From positions 59,396,001 through 59,460,000 of the forward strand of contig NC_043000.1 of NCBI RefSeq assembly GCF_006345805.1: a stretch of 64,000 nucleotides of DNA, in the 5' to 3' direction. The notes under the pieces are model-generated. The model did not search any database. It was not told where the DNA came from and saw only the letters and a program-made list of their open reading frames with translations. This document shows, in pieces, positions 59,601 to 64,000 of this stretch. The position numbers were made by a program, and so were the translations under genes. This stretch comes from Octopus sinensis. Taxonomy: Eukaryota. Numbering within the stretch: the first letter of the stretch is position 1; the number at the start of each line of letters is the position of its first letter.

Positions 59601-62600
59601 TCACACACTAGAATAATGATCAGCTCATATTGCATGCAAAAACCTACCATATAGAAGTTTTCCGGGACAACCATCCAGAGAATTTGCCTGAAATCACAGT
59701 ACATAACATTTGCATAAAGACTTTTTTTTTGTCATATTCTATGAACATTTAGTAATGTTCTTATCAATCTTTTATTCAATTAACGTGCTTCCGTTCATTC
59801 ACCAACTCCAACACCAAAAATTTAATACCCTGGACTTCTAAAAAGGGAAGTCTAGTTTGCAAACATCTTGAATTCTCAACCAATAAAGTGCATCAGAATG
59901 TGCGATATGCAAAACATATGCATAACTAGTAGGGTTAGATAGAACTCATATACACACACATATACATAGAAATCTAATTTGTTAATCAATCAGAAATGTA
60001 GAAGCCATTCAAAAGAAGGAAGAGAAGAAAAATTAAATAAAATCAAAATGAAGTATTCCAAAAGTATTAACACACATGTATTCATGAAAGCAAGTGTGTA
60101 TGTATATGTATGAGCACACATAACAAAGCTCCCATTCAATCTGTAAATATTTGTAAACAACAGTTACAATAAAATTCCAAGGGGAATTCATAATAATTTT
60201 CACTTTTAAAACAGCTGATTGGAAGAATCATTAGGGAATTGCATAAAATGCTTTGTGATATTTGTTCTGGTTTTCTGTGCTCTGAAGCCAAATACCTCTG
60301 GCATAGAAAAAAGCAAAAAGTACCATCATAGTGCTGGTACATCATACTGTCCCTCAGCTGTCACATCTTGGATATAGGAAGGCTGAAAAAGTGTTTATGT
60401 CTTTTCATGACATGGACAGACACCTAAAGTAATGAGCAAAAGCATGGTATAAATATATATATATATATCACCAAGTCTTGTCCAACTGAGTGTTGGCTGT
60501 AATTTATACATCATCACCATTCAATGTTTACTTTTCCATGCTTGTATGGATCAAATGGAATTTGTTGAGCAAATTTTCTACAGCTGGTCGTCCTTCCAAG
60601 CAAAGTTAATATTTCCCCTTGGCCATACACATTTTCAGAAGTTTGGAAATGAACAAGTGTGCATGCGTGTGTAAAGTAATTCTTTACATATATATATATA
60701 TGTATTAGTAATGGGTAAAGCATTAGACAAAATATTTTGTGGTATTTTGTTATACCCATGTGCATTAAGAGTTTAGCTTTACCATCCATCCTTAAGTTGA
60801 TAAAAAAAATACTGAGATTGATATAATGAACTATATCTTAGAAGGAAGTGTCCCAGCATGGTCATAGTCAGTGACTGGTACACGTAAAAGAATATACATT
60901 CATACACATACACACGTTATATAATATGACAAATAAGAAAACATAACTTTAAATTAAGTGGTATAGAACTTTTAACTAAATGAAGTTTAGTGAATGTAGG
61001 GTACAGGAAGATTTTAATTTTGTTAAGATTTATTACTGAAATTAATTTTTTAAAGATTTATTATTAAGATTTATTACTGATGGAGGAGAAAGATAATTTT
61101 AGTGAATTCTAGATGCTGCTCTCATTTAATTAATATACAATAGTAATTTTTGTTTCATTTTACTAAGAATTTGATAGTATGGTTTATTACAATGTGCAAA
61201 GAGCATTGGGGGAGATTTATTTTCTTCAATAGTAAATTGTTATATCCACATGAAAATACTGTATTTATTTAAAGAATGTTTTACATAACTTCATCTAAGA
61301 CCGAAAAATGATGACACATTTCAGCTAGCAGAATAGTTTTGTACATTTTATTTAAAATCTAGATAGATAAGAGCACACAGAAAAAAAAAATTCATTAAAA
61401 CTATTAATGAAATATAAAATAATAAAAATTAAAATGGAAAAGAAAAGGGTGAAGAAAAACTTGCAACTGAAGAATAAAACAGAGTTTGAAACCAAAATCA
61501 ATGGAATCAATTCAAAAGGAACAGAAAGAAAGAAACACTTGTGAAGTAGAAATAAGAAACAGTGTATCCGAATTTCAGTAAAAGAAAGAAAAAAAATGTT
61601 AAGGAGACAGTTATCCGTGCATTTTGGAGAAGAGGGTAAAACAATAACTTAACCAATATACATGAGTATCAGAGGAATGGTATTTTATATTTTCATTTTT
61701 TAATATAGAGAAAAACTACTATGCATTGATGCACAAAACTGTATTCTCGTGCTTGCTAACCAAAATGGTAAGAATGAAGAAAAAAAAAAAAACACATCTA
61801 AAACTAGCATCTAGAAAATTCTACAAAGATGCTTTATTTTTAAAAAAATGAATGGGATGAAGTTTTTATTTTACCTTTTGGCCGTTCTGGTTGTGTTTTT
61901 GTTCTGAAACTGTTTCGAGCACAAGATTTCCGCAAGCTTGGTGGAATGGTGAAACCTACATGAAAGAGGTTAAAATATACATAGCTACTAGGCCAACTGA
62001 TTGAGAGTATGCTTGATATCCTAAATGGGATGAGAAAAGCTACACATATTCAACTGACTAAAGGTTATATACATACGTTAACATTTCGTCCCCCTTCCCC
62101 TCTCTCCACAGTGCTTTCTCCACAATAGCTGCCTATCTTGTTCATTGTTTTTGTTGTTATCTTCACTATGTTTTTGGCTTTTTTTTTTTAACCTGGGTAC
62201 AAACTATTTCTTTGAAATTAATTACTGCATATTAACCTGGTTTATCCTTAGAGTCTTTTTGTTTGTTTCTTTGTACAATATGCACCTGGGTAAAGCTTAG
62301 TACTTCAATTGAACAACCTAGCAGTAAAGCAGTAATGCTATTAAGTCAAGAAGGAGCCTATGGCCATTCAGTTGTGAAATATCTCACAGATTTTGTGATG
62401 GTTATCATATCAAAACTGTTTTGTTCACCTGTTTCATCTAAGCTTTATAAAACTACTTATATCAACATGAGGCATAACTACTGCAGTTAAACTGTTACTT
62501 CACAACTGATCACAATCATGATTTCAAATATAACAACAGCTACATAATTGTGCTCTTGGATAGAACACATCATCTGTCTAGCTGACAATAGATTTCACCC

Positions 62601-63600
62601 TTATATCATAGTTGAGCAATAGGTGTTAGGATGAACATCCACCAATGAGAAACACTTGGTCCAGCACAAGCAACGAAAGAGAGAGAGCTTCTAATTGGCT
62701 GCTCAACCTGGAAGAAATAACAGTTAAATTTCCTTTAAATCAGATTTTACCATATTAAAAATGGAAGGACACAAAGGAGAAGGTCACGACAGGTATACTT
62801 TATCGTAGGTCTGCTTGATCCGAGCTGAGGGGCTAAACAACGACTTGCTTCAACAGACTGACTGGCACTTTTATATGGAAAATGTTTGTAAAACAAAGCT
62901 ACAAATAACAAATTAAAAAAACTGTACTTCAAGTGTTCAAAGAATCCTTGAAAACATTGTTGTAGATATAGTGAAAACTATGAACTTCTCTCAAATCCAG
63001 CCTCTAGTAAGGGATCAGTCAGTATGAAATAATGGAACTGACTTGTATTCATATCAAAACAACTTGTTTAAAAAACAAAATGCTTCACAGAAATGTAAAA
63101 ATATGTGTCTTACCATTTTCTTGATCACTTTTCACTTTCTTCCTTTCTTCTTCAAATGCTTTTAGCCATCGATCTTTCTCTACGGCATTTTTACTGAACA
63201 CTAAGAAGGATTTGTTCCGCTTGTTGTCATGAAGCTTCCAACCATTTTTCACATATACATTAAACTGGGGGTCTGAAAATTATGGATAGACTAATGAGGA
63301 TATCAACAAACATATGATGCTTATGAATAAGATAGGCACAGAGAAACAAAAATTTATCAGGTACAATGACTGGGCAGTTAAGGGACCCTTAAATGATTAC
63401 ATAAAAATATATGAATATGCAAGAAAAATATTACAAATTTAAAAGAAGTTACCTAAGCATAATAAATGAACAGAATAACCAAGCCACACACACACACTAT
63501 TAAATGTTTGCTTACCTCTTCCATCTACAACTGGATAAATTTTACTGTGGTCTAAATATATTCTTCCTCGAAACGAGAAAGAATTTTTCTTTAAAAGATC
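48992..63600 (-). CDS. 3' part of a Dbl-family RhoGEF of the ARHGEF4 (Asef)/ARHGEF9 (collybistin)/SPATA13 group; 5' exons lie beyond the window
   Basis: complement(join(48992..49176,61875..61955,63114..63272,63516..63600)), GT-AG with consistent phases. DLLKKNSFSFRGRIYLD...VDGRDPQFNVYVKNGWKLHD...VFSKNAVEKDRWLKAFEEERKKVKSDQENGFTIP matches the C-terminal half of the collybistin/Asef PH domain and the following helix. The paralog cannot be resolved by eye. Confidence 0.88.
50609..50735. repeat. imperfect palindrome made of two hammerhead-like (Penelope-type) motifs
   Basis: TGTCATCAGGC-A-GCCTGATGACA core (50662-50684); arms continue to AAAAGGTTGAC / GTCAACCTTTT. Confidence 0.7.
56647..57055 (+). 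mobile_element. old family A SINE
   Basis: TGGCTGTGTGGTTTAAGAAGCT head, TTGGGCAAGTGTCTTCTACTATA CORE-like block, ACTGAAACCAGTAAAA end. Confidence 0.7.
61875..61955 (-). CDS. RhoGEF exon (post-PH)
   Basis: tgtag|(G)FTIPPSLRKSCARNSFRTKTQPERPK|gtaaaa, 81 nt, phase 1-1. Confidence 0.88.
63114..63272 (-). CDS. RhoGEF exon (PH domain end)
   Basis: ttcag|(D)PQFNVYVKNGWKLHDNKRNKSFLVFSKNAVEKDRWLKAFEEERKKVKSDQEN-G|gtaaga, 159 nt. Confidence 0.93.
63516..63600 (-). CDS. RhoGEF exon (PH domain)
   Basis: tttag|DLLKKNSFSFRGRIYLDHSKIYPVVDGR-D|gtaagc, 85 nt. Confidence 0.92.
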
Positions 63601-64000
63601 CTAAAAAGACAAAATATATATTAATATCATATCTCTGATGTGACTACATTGGAGGCTAATACTGGAAACATTATATATATATGAGAGAGAGAGATAATAT
63701 ATTATTAGACATTAAATTTGTTATGAAGTTCAGGTATGGGATTGAGGAGAAAACTAATATTCCTTTTATAATAATGTATACATGGATCCTTCCTTACCAA
63801 GAAATATCTAAATGGAAGATGCTTTACAACTTCAATATTTTCACTCTTATATTGAGTTGAGCAAACTTTAGATATTTTTAAAGTTATGTTTGATTTTTAT
63901 TTTAAAAAAAGTACATCACATCGTATTTTTACAAAAAAAAAAGATTTTATAAAAACGTGTTTGCCCACTGTTCATATTTTCAAAGAAATTTTACTTTGTC

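Overview
AT-rich, repeat-rich metazoan nuclear DNA. The tRNA-derived SINE families suggest an octopus/coleoid cephalopod (inference). Three spliced protein-coding genes were reconstructed by hand with in-frame GT-AG junctions. (1) A complete DNAJC19/TIM14 (PAM18) gene on the minus strand: 6 coding exons, 117 aa, 19929->6348. (2) A complete mitochondrial glutamyl-tRNA synthetase EARS2 on the plus strand: 14 coding exons, 529 aa, 20217-43084. It is head-to-head with DNAJC19, with 287 bp between the ATGs. (3) The last four coding exons (PH-domain end and C-tail) of an ARHGEF4/ARHGEF9(collybistin)/SPATA13-family RhoGEF on the minus strand, convergent with EARS2. The rest is decayed mobile DNA (Gypsy pol, RTE, CR1/L2-like, CRE-like LINE, hAT, a full-length Tc1, piggyBac-like MITEs, several SINE families) and microsatellites. 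The best leads are: an unexplained CpG-rich ~119-nt three-way-junction RNA-like structure at 47236-47354; a candidate 40-nt cassette exon that would give the RhoGEF a PDZ-binding C-terminus; two palindromes centred on hammerhead-ribozyme-like (Penelope-type) motifs; a CRE-like LINE with a twin-priming-type inversion; and a foldback element with a telomeric-repeat core. All analysis was by eye; no searches or folding programs were run.
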